From a virus, in the IMG/VR virus record IMGVR_UViG_3300037502_001683, positions 6,252 through 70,251 of that record: 64,000 nucleotides of DNA; one strand, 5' to 3'. This document shows, in pieces, positions 19,687 through 29,820 of the stretch. The translations under genes were made by a program, and so were the position numbers. Below the pieces are notes generated by a model. The model searched no databases. It saw only the letters and a list, made by a program, of their open reading frames with translations, and was not told where the DNA came from. The number at the start of each line of letters is the position of its first letter. Within the stretch, counting starts at the first letter, position 1.

Positions 19687-21723
19687 CTACGGGAGCTTTT
19701 CTGCCCAATACTCTATCAAGTCCTCGTAATGCACTACAACGTCTTCTAGGGCTTTCTGGCGCTCTAAGTAGTCTATGGCTTTGGAAAGAATGTAGAAGTA
19801 GACTGGATTTGCCCCTCCCGACCTTCCTCTGACTGGAACCCTGAAGCTGTGCCACCGTTCCCCTGTCTCTTCTTCTTGGTATTGGGGGATGAAGATGGGG
19901 TCGGATTCGGGGTCTTCGACCTTCTTGACTATCCTGTATGCTGTTCTTATGGAGACTTTCATGCTTCGGGATTGGTCTCAATCGGCCCTAATGGTATGGG
20001 TTGTTTGAGCATAAAAGGCCGCTGGTGGGCTTTTCTGCTGGTTGCCTTCCTCCGATAGCCTACGAGGCACAAAGTCTCTCCTATGGCGTTGTAGATAGGA
20101 AGCAGCCTTCCATCCTTGAGTAGCTTATTGATCTTGGGATTCACGTTTCGGGGTTTTGGGGTGTGGATTGCTGGGTTGCGGTCTTGCTTGACTCCTATTT
20201 GTTTTGCTCGCATAAATAAAATCGTAGTTGTCCCGATACTTCGGGCCATCCACTTTGCGTGGCCTATCTCCCTTTCCTGCGCTCATTTGCTGCCCTCCTT
20301 CAGTCGTTCAAACTCAATGAGCGCGCCGTGTTTTGCGCTTCCTATTCTAAGCGATGGGCTTTCCTGCCAAACTGCTTGAGCCAACTTCTTCGCGCACTCG
20401 CGCCACGCATTGCATTGTTCGTTCTGTTCTTCCAGCGCACCGAACAGCTTCTCAATCGTCTCCTGATTTTTGGCGTTCAGCGCCTCCCAGCGCTGGCAAT
20501 AGTCTTTGTATGGGTTGGGAAGCGCAGAAAACACGTGCCCGAAAACAATGGAAGCCGCACCGCCTATTATGGTGGCTAAAAGGAAGAGTTCTATGCTCAT
20601 TCCTCCACCGCCTTCCCGCCGTGCTTGAACCCGTGTCTGACGGCGTCAGCAATTTTATGCAGCGCGAACCGCATATTATCCCGCTGGCGGGAGACCTCCC
20701 AATAGTTCTCGTTGGAACTGGCCTTGAGTTTGGCGATCTCTCGACGCGCCTCCTCAAGCTCCCTCCTGATTTCGGTGTTGGTCGCGCACGTTTGTCGGAG
20801 TGCTGCCAACGCCTCGCCACGCTCGAGCTTTGCTTTTCGCAAATCCTCCGCAAGCCCAGCGTTGGCGTTCCGCAGGTTTTCAACGTCCTTTGGCAACATT
20901 CCTTCTGGCAACCCATCGGCCAGCTTGTCGGCGTAGGCTTTCAACTCATCGCGTTCGCGTTCCAAGTCCCCGACAACCAGCGCGCACACGACAGTCATTA
21001 AACGCCCATTTGCAGAATGCGGATCGAACGTGCGCGTCTCATGTCTGGTGTTGTAACCAAACGCAGGGGCAAGACGCTCATATGTCTCATGGAATTTGCG
21101 TGCTAGTGTCTCGCTCATTTGCTGCCCCACTCTTTGTCTGTTTCGGGCGTGTCGCTCATTTCGTTTTAAATTGGAATTTGGCATCACCATTTGCATCAGC
21201 GACCCATTCGGCTACTCTCGCTTTTATAGCCTCTTTCTGCCATTGGATTCCACTAAAGATGCCACCGATGATGAAAGCCGCAATAAAAACAAACACTGTA
21301 AACAAAATGTATACTGGTGCTGGTGAGTCATTCATATTTTTTCTATGGTTTCCTCTTCATAAAGACTAATATCAATTCTCCAGAGGTGAGGCCAAACAGT
21401 CTGCTTTTTAAGCCATGTAAAGAACTTATCCATTGCCTCTGATGAAGATTCTGCATCAATGGCAACTTTCCCCTCAAAGATGTTTCCATCAGAATTATAA
21501 TGAGCAATATATGTTTTCATTGTTGTTAGAACTCCAATGGGTCAACCACCCACCCTAATTGGGAATGGCGGTCTGTGATTCGGCGTTGCAGCCCCTTAAC
21601 AAAGTCATCTCCAGACTCTTTGATGTCACTATCCAGCCAATCTCTGGCAGACTCCAACAGAGATCTTAACGTGGATTCGGCGTGGCTTAGATCGTCGTTA
21701 AGCTGTTCGATTGTTTTATTCAT
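19687..21723 (-). other. Cluster of small hypothetical genes (19687-19962, 19959-about 20213, 20283-20600, 20597-21118, 21332-21520, 21526-21723)
   Basis: Overlapping stop/start junctions; coiled-coil LERER and WRECA modules. Confidence 0.7.
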
Positions 21724-21733
21724 ATAAGTAGGT

Positions 21734-21774
21734 GGGGCGAGAGAGGAACAAGGAGGTAAGAACTCCCCCGCCCC
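21734..21774 (-). ncRNA. Intergenic 12-bp hairpin with an anti-Shine-Dalgarno loop
   Basis: Minus RNA GGGGCGGGGGAG-UUCUUACCUCCUUGUUC-CUCUCUCGCCCC; two G-U pairs define the strand. Confidence 0.55.
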
Positions 21775-21780
21775 AAAAGC

Positions 21781-21999
21781 TTAGAAAGCCTCGTCTACTT
21801 CTCCCTGCTTCTTGTAAGGAGGAGAGAATTTAACGGAAAGATATGGCTTGCCGTCTTTCTTGGAAGTTTGACTCCATGCCGCAAAATCGAGCATGACTCC
21901 GTTTACCATGCAACTACCCTTATGGGCAGGAGCTTTAGGGTTGCTGCTTTGATTCTGGAACAAGGCTCCCGAATTATCTTTTTGTTGTTGATTGCTCAT
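21781..21999 (-). CDS. Small ssDNA-binding-like protein (DUF736-like)
   Basis: SGALFQN...PAHKG...AAW...GKPYLSVKF with an acidic tail ending in F. Confidence 0.65.
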   Translation of the reverse strand: MSNQQQKDNSGALFQNQSSNPKAPAHKGSCMVNGVMLDFAAWSQTSKKDGKPYLSVKFSPPYKKQGEVDEAF

Positions 22000-22005
22000 A
22001 TGTTA

Positions 22006-22470
22006 TTATTTTTTTATTGTTGTTTCGCTAATGGCCAATAGATCCACGGTGGGTGCTACGGTCATCAGATCTTTTCTACCGTTGCGTTGGTAAAGTTTAT
22101 AGACAGAGGGACTCAAGCTTTGTTCACTATTTTCTGTCTTTTCTTCGATATAAAACATCAGGGTGCGGCGTTTGACCACAATCCAGTAGCGTCTAGTTTC
22201 GAAGACGATAAAATCGGCTCCCCCATAAAGCCAGCCCAACTCCCCGTTGACATTGCGGAGTTCGACGTAGTGGATTGAGTCATCGGCTTGATCGTCCGAC
22301 CTTCTCAAGCGTTTCATTGCCTTGACATCATAACGCACTCCCAAATCGTCTTCTATGTCCCAGTGGGAGAACATGTCTTCGGATCGTTCGGCAAATCTTC
22401 CGCCTTGCAGGGCTTTCATAAACCTTTCTTCGGCGCGTTGCCCGCGCTCGACAGAGTGTGTGTATTTCAT
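22006..22470 (-). CDS. PD-(D/E)XK family nuclease-like protein
   Basis: G.RAE, HWD...YDVK, VELRNVNG..GWLYG.AD. Confidence 0.7.
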   Translation of the reverse strand: MKYTHSVERGQRAEERFMKALQGGRFAERSEDMFSHWDIEDDLGVRYDVKAMKRLRRSDDQADDSIHYVELRNVNGELGWLYGGADFIVFETRRYWIVVKRRTLMFYIEEKTENSEQSLSPSVYKLYQRNGRKDLMTVAPTVDLLAISETTIKK

Positions 22471-22479
22471 AGTGGTAGC

Positions 22480-23883
22480 TTAGACCCTGTGCTTTTCAAA
22501 GTGTTCAATATTTGTCGCCATCCACATCATAGCCTCTTTATCGTTGCCGACATCTTCGGCATAGACGCAGTTGTCGGAGATGACTCCGTAGTCCTGCAAA
22601 ATATTCAGCACTTCGGTTTCTTTGGCAAATCTGGCGCGAATCCAGTTTTCCAGTTTATTTCCAGTAGATAAACGAGTAGACGCCATAGGAAAAAAAGCTC
22701 CAAAAAAACAAAGAAAGAGCCAAACAGGCAATCAAAGTAAGGAGTTTCATTGTGGTGGTTTTTGCATCACATCTTTTATTGCCTTGTAAAATACAATGGC
22801 AGTAGCGAGCCAGAATAGTATGGCTAAAATATTATCCATTATGTTTTTTGTCCAAATGCTTGTCGGTGTATTTCCACCAACAGACAAACACAGAACCAAA
22901 AAAGCAATACAGTCCGATTATTGTTTCCATGTGTTATTTGTTTCCATAAAGTGTGATCCAAAGCAGTCCCCATTGGGAAAAGCAATAGCCCCCCCAAACA
23001 ACCGATAGGGCGTAGTTGCCACGAATCGCCTGCTCTAGAGCAACGATTCCGTAACAGATGCCAACCGCCCCAATCAACCAGATACTGGTCATTTTGCTTT
23101 GACTTGTCGTTTTTTGACAGTTGGTTTCTTTTTTGCGGGCTTGCACTTGGTTGACTTGGACTTGACTGACGCCGTATTAAGTACAAACTGCGCTTCAGGG
23201 TGCATCATGGAAAGAAAGACCCATGTGTAGTAGGCATCTTCTTCGGAAAGAAATAAAGGAGTGTATTCTTCTCCATCAAAGTAGGTAAAAGAATAGGTGT
23301 TGCTTTCAGGGATGTGCCAAGCGCGGATATACCCAAGCGCCCCCACTCTTGCCTCGTAGAGAGGATATTCAAATGCTTCCATCTTTGAGTTCCTCCTTGG
23401 GTTGGGTTTCGGACTCAAGTTGTTCAACCATCTCCTTGGCTCCCTCCCAAGTCATCAAGAGATCGGCTTTGTTCTCTCCCTTGGTGCCATTGATCATCAG
23501 GATGTTGTCGCTACCTCCGTTGAGCAGGGTGTATCCACTGGCGATATACGCCTTGTCTACACGTTCTTGAAGAGTGTCAGGGGCCAGCGGGCTGGCGGTT
23601 TGTTCGTTGGTTTCGCTCATAAATTTATTTGATAGTCTTCGCTGAATCGGACGAAGAGAGTTCCGTCCATATACATATGGTCGAGGTGGACGGGCTCTTT
23701 GTCAACCCTCCACAGAAAAAAAGCCGCTCCATACTCCCCGACTCGTTCTTTGGTGATGTAGCCTTCGTGGTCGTGTTCAAACTCGCAATACTCCCGCCAG
23801 CCACTGACCCTCTCAAAGACTCTAGCTAGTCCTTCGCTCATATAATTAAGGGTTAATAGAGACGGTGTTTCGGGGTGTGTCAA
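22480..23883 (-). other. Cluster of small hypothetical genes, some membrane peptides
   Basis: Packed minus-strand ORFs (e.g. 23089-about 23382, 23369-23620, 23617-23883). Confidence 0.6.
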
Positions 23884-24347
23884 GAGAAAATAACGCGAAC
23901 TTCAGCCTCGTCAAACATTTGAAGAGCCGCTTTGAAAGAGTCAGCCCACCGCTCGTAATTGTCCAGATGGGCATTGAAAGGACAATACACTTCTTTAATC
24001 CCAGCTTGAATAATAGACGCCGCACAATGGGCACACGGTTGGAAGGGCCAGACAAAGATAGAGTAGCCATTAAGCGGCTCCTTGGCCGATAGGATGGCAT
24101 TCATCTCGGCATGAATTGTAAACAACAGCTTGATGTCGCGATTGACAATGCGCTCATGGTAGTCCTCCACCCCACGGGGAAAGCCGTTGAATCCCACCGA
24201 TGCGATGGTTCGATCTGGGCGGACAATCACCGCGCCCACTTGGGACGAAACATCCTTCGACCATGTGGCAACCTCTTGGGCCAAGGCCATAAACCTTGAC
24301 TGCCATTTACCGTCGATTGTATTCATTATGCCGTCAATTGTTGCCAT
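23880..24347 (-). CDS. dCMP deaminase
   Basis: SKD...VGAVIV, GFNG.P, HAEMNA, PCAHC zinc motif. Confidence 0.95.
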   Translation of the reverse strand: MATIDGIMNTIDGKWQSRFMALAQEVATWSKDVSSQVGAVIVRPDRTIASVGFNGFPRGVEDYHERIVNRDIKLLFTIHAEMNAILSAKEPLNGYSIFVWPFQPCAHCAASIIQAGIKEVYCPFNAHLDNYERWADSFKAALQMFDEAEVRVIFS

Positions 24348-24612
24348 CGATTTGGATTCCTTGGTTTTCCATCTTCTTGATCATATTGGCTACCATGGTG
24401 GATTTCAATTTACGCTCGTAGCTATCTTTACTTCTCCACATCTTGACTTCCGAAATTAAAAGATCAATTGAGATAATTGGGCTTTCGCTTTCAAAGGTTT
24501 GATATTCAGAGAGTAGCTGCTTGATTTCTTCAAGCTGGCTACACGAAGGACAGGGGATGTAGTTGTCCTTTCCATTGCTACCATTAAGCCCATCGTTCAT
24601 TAGATCAATCAT
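24334..24612 (-). CDS. Hypothetical protein with CxxC
   Basis: ORF overlaps both neighbours. Confidence 0.6.
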   Translation of the reverse strand: MIDLMNDGLNGSNGKDNYIPCPSCSQLEEIKQLLSEYQTFESESPIISIDLLISEVKMWRSKDSYERKLKSTMVANMIKKMENQGIQIDGNN

Positions 24613-25177
24613 AGTAGGGATCGGTAAGTTTGCTGGGAGGAAATAATGCGGTCTTTAAGGGGATGATTTTTTCGGGCATCTGGCTCCAGATTCTTGTGGT
24701 TTCGTAGCTCTTCTTGCACCACTTGCGGGTGTTGTATGTCCAGTGGTAGCCCAAGATGTAGGCATTGGCCATCTGGGCATACTGCTTGAGGTTTACGGGT
24801 AGCTTGTTTCGGGCGATCTTGCGGACAGCCCGCATCTCGCAATCCCACTCAAGTTCGACTACAAGGCGTATATACTTGTCGATATAGTCTACCTTCTTGC
24901 CAGAAAGCCAATCGTCCAGCTTGCCCACGGCATTTTCGCGAATGTCGTGCCAGCGGGGGCGCTGAAGCTGCTGGTCTAGATGACAAGTCTCATGGACAAA
25001 CACATCTAGCCATGTGGGGATCGGGCGCTTGGTGGCTATGCGTAGCTCTTTGTCGTCAGCCCAACCCGTGGAAGTAGCCTTGCCTGTAATGAGGTATTTC
25101 TGGGGAACGAAAGTCAGCTTGAACTTTCGGTATTTGAGGATAGACCGCCCCAAAAAGTTGATCGTTGCTTGATCCAT
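24605..25177 (-). CDS. Zincin-like (HExxH) protein
   Basis: FVHETCH with a downstream ELEWDCE. Confidence 0.65.
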   Translation of the reverse strand: MDQATINFLGRSILKYRKFKLTFVPQKYLITGKATSTGWADDKELRIATKRPIPTWLDVFVHETCHLDQQLQRPRWHDIRENAVGKLDDWLSGKKVDYIDKYIRLVVELEWDCEMRAVRKIARNKLPVNLKQYAQMANAYILGYHWTYNTRKWCKKSYETTRIWSQMPEKIIPLKTALFPPSKLTDPYYD

Positions 25178-25313
25178 TTATTCCTCTTCTTGGACATCTT
25201 CTTCCTCAACTTGTTCAAATAGCCTTCTGATAGGGTTGTCGCAAAAGCCTTCTTCTTGTTCTGGGAATGGCATCAGAACTCCTGTGTCATCGTAGGCGAC
25301 TTTTAAATCTGCA

Positions 25314-25976
25314 TCAAACTGCGACTGTGTCATTTGGCGTATTTTTACACGAATTAAAAGATTCTTCAATAATCTTTGACCCCTTGCTCATATTTTCTTC
25401 TGGATAAAGGGGTTGTAAATTAGTCCAATGACAAGCAGCTTTTAGTTGTTCGGGATCAGTAAGATCGAATGAATTAAGTGGACGGATGTGATCAATATGA
25501 AAGCTGTGTTTTTTATTCCAACACATCCCTTCGCGAAATTGACTTTCAATATGCTTGCGAAGAAAATCATAAGAGCATCCTATCAATTCAACGGTTTTAA
25601 GAGATTTTTTGACTCCTTTATTTTTTAGAGCCATACAAATTCTTGTCCTTATTCTTAAAATGGTGGCGTATTGGGGATCTCTAGCTTTTCTTTCTTTTGT
25701 ATATTTTGCCCACCAATCTCTTCTTTTTTGTCTGTTCTCTTCTTTGCTATAGTAAATTTTATTTGTTATTTTTTTCTTTTTAATGCTTTCTGGGCGCTTT
25801 TTGTATTCTTTTGTATGTTCCTGTAGTTTTTGTCTGCGCCTATCAAAACTTTCTCGACTTATCCACTCTTCATATATCTGAGTTGGGTCTTTGGGATTAA
25901 CTCGTTTTTTATGGTATCCCCAAAATATCTTTCCATCAGATTCGCGAACGTCACCCCACTTATGCTCCATTTTCAC
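25314..25976 (-). mobile_element. Free-standing HNH homing endonuclease
   Basis: LIGCS..FLR.HIE.QF..GM.W...HIDHIRP..SFDL...HWTNLQPL...N.SKG; more AT-rich than its flanks. Confidence 0.88.
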
Positions 25977-26337
25977 GGAACAACTCTATAATCGTCTCTT
26001 CTTTTTGACGAGTTTTTTCTTGTTTCGTTTCGATAGTGACATCTTCCGCACGGTCATCTGGAATTGCTCCAGCATAGCGGAGGCAGTCAATGAAGTATTT
26101 GAAAACGAGATTGTCGGGGTCAATAAGTCGCTTCCTTCTTGCCGTAAGGCGGATATGAATGCGTCCTGTATTTTCTTTTTTGCTGCCTGCCTTCGCCAGT
26201 GGTTCATTGCGAATAGAGCGTTTAGGCTTGGGGTTACGGCTGGAACCCTTATTGTTAAGAAAGGCTCGTTGGATTGTATCGATTCGCTCATAGACTCCTT
26301 TGCTTACTTCCACATAGCCTGCTGGGATTTCTTTCAT
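25960..26337 (-). CDS. rusA: RusA-like Holliday junction resolvase, catalytic (C-terminal) half
   Basis: RLIDPDNL.FK.FID.L..AG.IPDD motif; this frame lacks the PSxN N-terminal motif. Confidence 0.8.
   Translation of the reverse strand: MKEIPAGYVEVSKGVYERIDTIQRAFLNNKGSSRNPKPKRSIRNEPLAKAGSKKENTGRIHIRLTARRKRLIDPDNLVFKYFIDCLRYAGAIPDDRAEDVTIETKQEKTRQKEETIIELFRENGA
25986..26291 (-). CDS. Nested same-strand ORF encoding a RusA-like N-terminal half
   Basis: IRVP..TPSLN.L..MNHWRR..AKKK; AAAGGAG upstream of its ATG; in-phase A_AAA_AAG at 26175-26181. Confidence 0.65.
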   Translation of the reverse strand: MSESIQSNEPFLTIRVPAVTPSLNALFAMNHWRRQAAKKKIQDAFISALRQEGSDLLTPTISFSNTSLTASAMLEQFQMTVRKMSLSKRNKKKLVKKKRRL

Positions 26338-28087
26338 GTTTCGGGGTTTGAAGATGGTTTAAGCACCAATATCACAGCAAGCGCAAACCACCAAGGACTC
26401 CAGTCCTGCCACCCCACTAGATAGGCTGTCCCGCCGAAAATAAAGATATTCCAGACTAAGCAGAATATTGCGTTCATGGATTCGGGGTTTCACACATTGT
26501 CCAAGTCTTTGGTTCATATTTATATGGATATGCAGGATATGTGAAGTCGGGTGGCGGCGAGTCCATAAGATCTTTCATTAGTGTTTTCGGGGGTTCGGTG
26601 CATTCGCGGTGGTAGGCTCCAGCATTGCCCCACACGATATCTTTAAGGACTGGTCGCCCGCAATACTTGCAGATGAGATCTGTTCCGTTTCCGTTATATG
26701 TTCCGCCAGTGTTCATTTATTATGAATGATTGGCTTGACGTTATCGTTGTGTTCGGCCCTTGCGATGTATTTTTGTGCTTCTGCAAAAGTATTGAAATCG
26801 GCAGGATTATACATACAGCCAGCATCTACCCAGAATAATCCGAACATCTTCCATTGGACTTGAAACCTTGATCCGTCATATAGCGGATATTCTTTAATTC
26901 GGTATTTCATTGCTCAAGCAATACTTCCTCTTTAAGTCTTTCGGCTTCGGCGTCTGGGGCCACACACATCATTAGTGCTTTTCGGGCTTTCTCTAGTTGT
27001 TTCTCTTTTTGTTCCAGCATGATGTGGAGGATGTTCCTGTCGGCAAACTCCGCAACATTGCTATACACTCGACCTACAGTCATATTCCGTGTCCTCTAAG
27101 CCAATAATCAAACGCCTCCCACACACGCTTGTTTGGGTTTTGGCACTTTCTTTCTGTTCCATCTTTCTTGAGCCACAGAGGCCCGAAACAGCGATCAAAG
27201 TCAAAGCGCCATGTTCGTCCATTCACGGTTATCTCATTATCGGGCATATCGCAGACCGACACGATGGCGTTGTTAAATCGTAGGCATTTCATTTTCTTGA
27301 TCAATTGGAAAATTCAAGAATTTTTCGAATTTCCCTTAAACGATTATTAACGGCTAGATCGGCCTCGTTTTTAGCATATTCTTCAATGGCGTCACTCATC
27401 CATTTCGGAAGTTGAATGCGCTCATCAATTTCATTTTCGTAATTCTTTTCAGATTTAGAATATTCAAATACTCCATACTGATATCTAGGATATATTGCTT
27501 TTTTGGGCAGTTTAATTGTCATTTATTTTTCTCCTTTAGTCGATAAAACTCCTCAAGTGCGATGTGCGCCCTGCCTCCAATGGTCATTGTCCCAGAAAGC
27601 TCATAGAACAATGCTTCGGCCAGCTTATCCGCACATTCGCGCCATTGGCCACGCTCGGATTTTTCATTGTATGTCGAATTACACAAATCGCATGCATAGT
27701 GATCGGTAGACCATGGTTGGTGGCCGCGAACGAATTTGACCCTTCCCTCCTTGCAGTGATCACATTCTGGGAAGTTTTTCAAACACCAGTCGCAATGTGG
27801 TAAATCAGCGCGACCCTCCTTTTTACACCATGGGCAGATTGTTCTATCGCTCATTTGATGGCCTCCTTCAGCCGCTTAAACTTGTCCAGTGCTGCGAGGC
27901 ACTTTTTGCAGTATCCGTTATCGCAACATCTGCCTCGCGGCAGTGCTGCCATCATCTCCGCGCACTCGCGCCATTCGTTGCGCTCGCGTTCTAGATTTTG
28001 TGCAAAATCTTCTGGGACAACGTGACAACAATATGTCAGCCCTCTTGCGTCAAAAGACTCTGAATCTGTTTCAGGTGTATCGCTCAT
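26334..28087 (-). other. Cluster of small hypothetical genes, several with CxxC zinc ribbons or DTPETD/LERER/WRECA modules
   Basis: Chain of ATGA-overlapping ORFs (26474-26716, 26713-26910, 27301-27522, 27519-27854, 27851-28087). Confidence 0.7.
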
Positions 28088-28395
28088 TTAATGATTCCCT
28101 CTTGGCGGGCCATTGCTTCGATCTGGCTCACATACTCGCGGGTGCAGTTGAATTGCTCGGCAATAGCAGCGAAGTTCATTTCGGGGTTGGCCATGAGATA
28201 GCCAAGGATTTTGAAAGCCCGCCCCCCATTGGACATACGCCTCTTGGTAGTCTTCTTGCGCTTGGCCCGAATTCCATTCTTACGCAATGCCTGCGCCATG
28301 GCTCCGTATTTGACTCCATGCTTTTCGGCAAGTTCGCCAATTGTAATTTCGGGGTTTTGTTCGATTTCTTGTGGAAGTAAGGATGCTTTGATCAT
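28084..28395 (-). CDS. Double helix-turn-helix DNA-binding protein
   Basis: TIGELAEKHGVKYGAMAQAL and NFAAIAEQFNCTREYVSQI (sigma region 4-like). Confidence 0.75.
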   Translation of the reverse strand: MIKASLLPQEIEQNPEITIGELAEKHGVKYGAMAQALRKNGIRAKRKKTTKRRMSNGGRAFKILGYLMANPEMNFAAIAEQFNCTREYVSQIEAMARQEGIIK

Positions 28396-28405
28396 ATGAT
28401 TATGT

Positions 28406-28434
28406 ATTGACATTTAACCTTATCTGGCGTTCAA
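28406..28434 (-). promoter_or_regulatory. TGAAC-N17-GTC class promoter
   Basis: TTGAAC-17 nt-GTCAAT, 10 nt before the ATG at 28395. Confidence 0.65.
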
Positions 28435-28460
28435 TCTTCGTCAACTAAGTTCTTTTAAAT

Positions 28461-28534
28461 CGCGGGAACAAGCCTTGGTAGGCTAACCAGTTTCATAAGC
28501 TGGGGCAATGTGAGTTCAATTCTCACTCCCGCTA
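28461..28534 (+). tRNA. Atypical tRNA with CAT anticodon (Met/fMet-like or Ile2)
   Basis: Acceptor CGCGGGA/TCCCGCT, D arm AGCC-TTGGTA-GGCT, anticodon arm CCAGT-TTCATAA-GCTGG, T arm GTGAG-TTCAATT-CTCAC, discriminator A, no encoded CCA. Confidence 0.85.
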
Positions 28535-28561
28535 CCTTTGCAAAGGTTCCACCTCAATGAC

Positions 28562-28704
28562 AAAAGCCCATGGGGCTTTCTCTGTCGAGTAGTTGGGGTG
28601 GTCGAAGTTTAGCGCGGCCCACGCGAAACCCGCCCCCGAAGATCCCAGACTTCTACTCTGACAAGTTCGACGGGAATAAGGCGGTGTGGCCGCGCTTTTC
28701 TTTT
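28562..28704 (+). ncRNA. Candidate structured ncRNA downstream of the tRNA
   Basis: At least seven complementary segment pairs (see findings); 3' stem followed by TTTTCTTTT. Strand is not certain. Confidence 0.55.
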
Positions 28705-29244
28705 TCATCGGCGTCTTTTGCTGGCGCGGATCTTCTTTCCAGCCAACGCTTGCTGGTAGGCTTCTTCGGTGATGACTCGGCCTCGGAGGCGGAAGAGCCA
28801 GTTAGGTTGTTTGGTGAAGTTCCAGCTTAATCCCAAAGCCTTGAGGGTCGCCGCTGTCATTCCGCCTTTGATTTTGAGGCTTTCGACAATCTTGGAATCA
28901 ATAACTCTGGTGTTGGTAAGTTTGTCTCGCCTGTTAGGCTCTACTGGATCGACTACAGGTTCGGGCTTGGGTCGGGACAACTTGCGTTGAAACTTGCGGG
29001 ATTCCTCGCGTTCCACGGCATGGAAGTTCTTGTGACACTTTTTACAGAGACAAATCAAGTCATCAAGGTGGTTTAGCTCGTCTCCCTTATGCTCATAGGT
29101 TCTGTGGTGGGCCTGTAAATCTAGTGGACTGTTGCAAAGTTGGCAGCGAAATCCCGCCCGCTTCTTGACTGCCCGACTCACTTCTCGCCAATGAGGTGTT
29201 TGGAGATAGGCTTGGTATTGAGATTGAGTATTGGTTATCATCAC
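28705..29244 (-). CDS. HNH endonuclease with an extra basic C-terminal domain
   Basis: Y..YL.T.HW, CQLC, AHHRTY, LICLCKKCH..FH. Confidence 0.88.
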   Translation of the reverse strand: MMITNTQSQYQAYLQTPHWREVSRAVKKRAGFRCQLCNSPLDLQAHHRTYEHKGDELNHLDDLICLCKKCHKNFHAVEREESRKFQRKLSRPKPEPVVDPVEPNRRDKLTNTRVIDSKIVESLKIKGGMTAATLKALGLSWNFTKQPNWLFRLRGRVITEEAYQQALAGKKIRASKRRR

Positions 29245-29307
29245 GGAACCTGTGCGCTGCGCGGCTTATGGGTTCTGTCAGTAACTGGATTATTTCGGGA
29301 TTTCATC

Positions 29308-29820
29308 CTACCACAATCCCCGAATTTCCCTCTGACACTCTTCCTCATCCCCATAACCCGATACAATATCATCCTCTATATATTGATTATTCTGTATATT
29401 GTTATTTATGGGTATTGATAGTTCTTGTGTGGTGCAGGTTTCCTGTAGCACCACAGAACATGTAGCACCAGCTTTTGGCTTCCAGTTGGTTTTGTTGCTT
29501 CGCTGGTCTAGCGGGATCGCGTTGCTAAAAAATTCCCAGATGTTACAAAACCCTCCATCATGGCGTTCAACGCTGAATCGCGCATAACCGCTGGACTCAA
29601 TTTCCTTCATGTAGGATTTAACTTTGGTTCTTCCATCTTTATTGGAAGAGTTCACAAGATATTCACGATTAATGAACCAATCGTCTGAATTGGAAAAAAT
29701 TGTTAGTAAAAGTCCCTTGGCCCCCATAGAAAGATTGGGGTTCTTGGATATCTCGTTAGAGACAATCGTGTAGTGTTCATTTTTCTTTACTCTGTAATAA
29801 ATGGTCTTGTTTCTTGTCAT
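29308..29820 (-). CDS. Replication initiator/replisome organiser-like winged-helix protein
   Basis: YTIVSN.I.K...LS..AKGLL...S..DDW, KEIE..GY, NNNIQNN linker. Confidence 0.75.
   Translation of the reverse strand: MTRNKTIYYRVKKNEHYTIVSNEISKNPNLSMGAKGLLLTIFSNSDDWFINREYLVNSSNKDGRTKVKSYMKEIESSGYARFSVERHDGGFCNIWEFFSNAIPLDQRSNKTNWKPKAGATCSVVLQETCTTQELSIPINNNIQNNQYIEDDIVSGYGDEEECQREIRGLW

Noticed and set aside
28535-28704. tRNA-associated theta/HDV-like or hammerhead ribozyme
   Set aside because: Topology is partly similar, but the L3/P1.1 consensus and the CUGANGA core are missing and it does not start at the tRNA 3' end.
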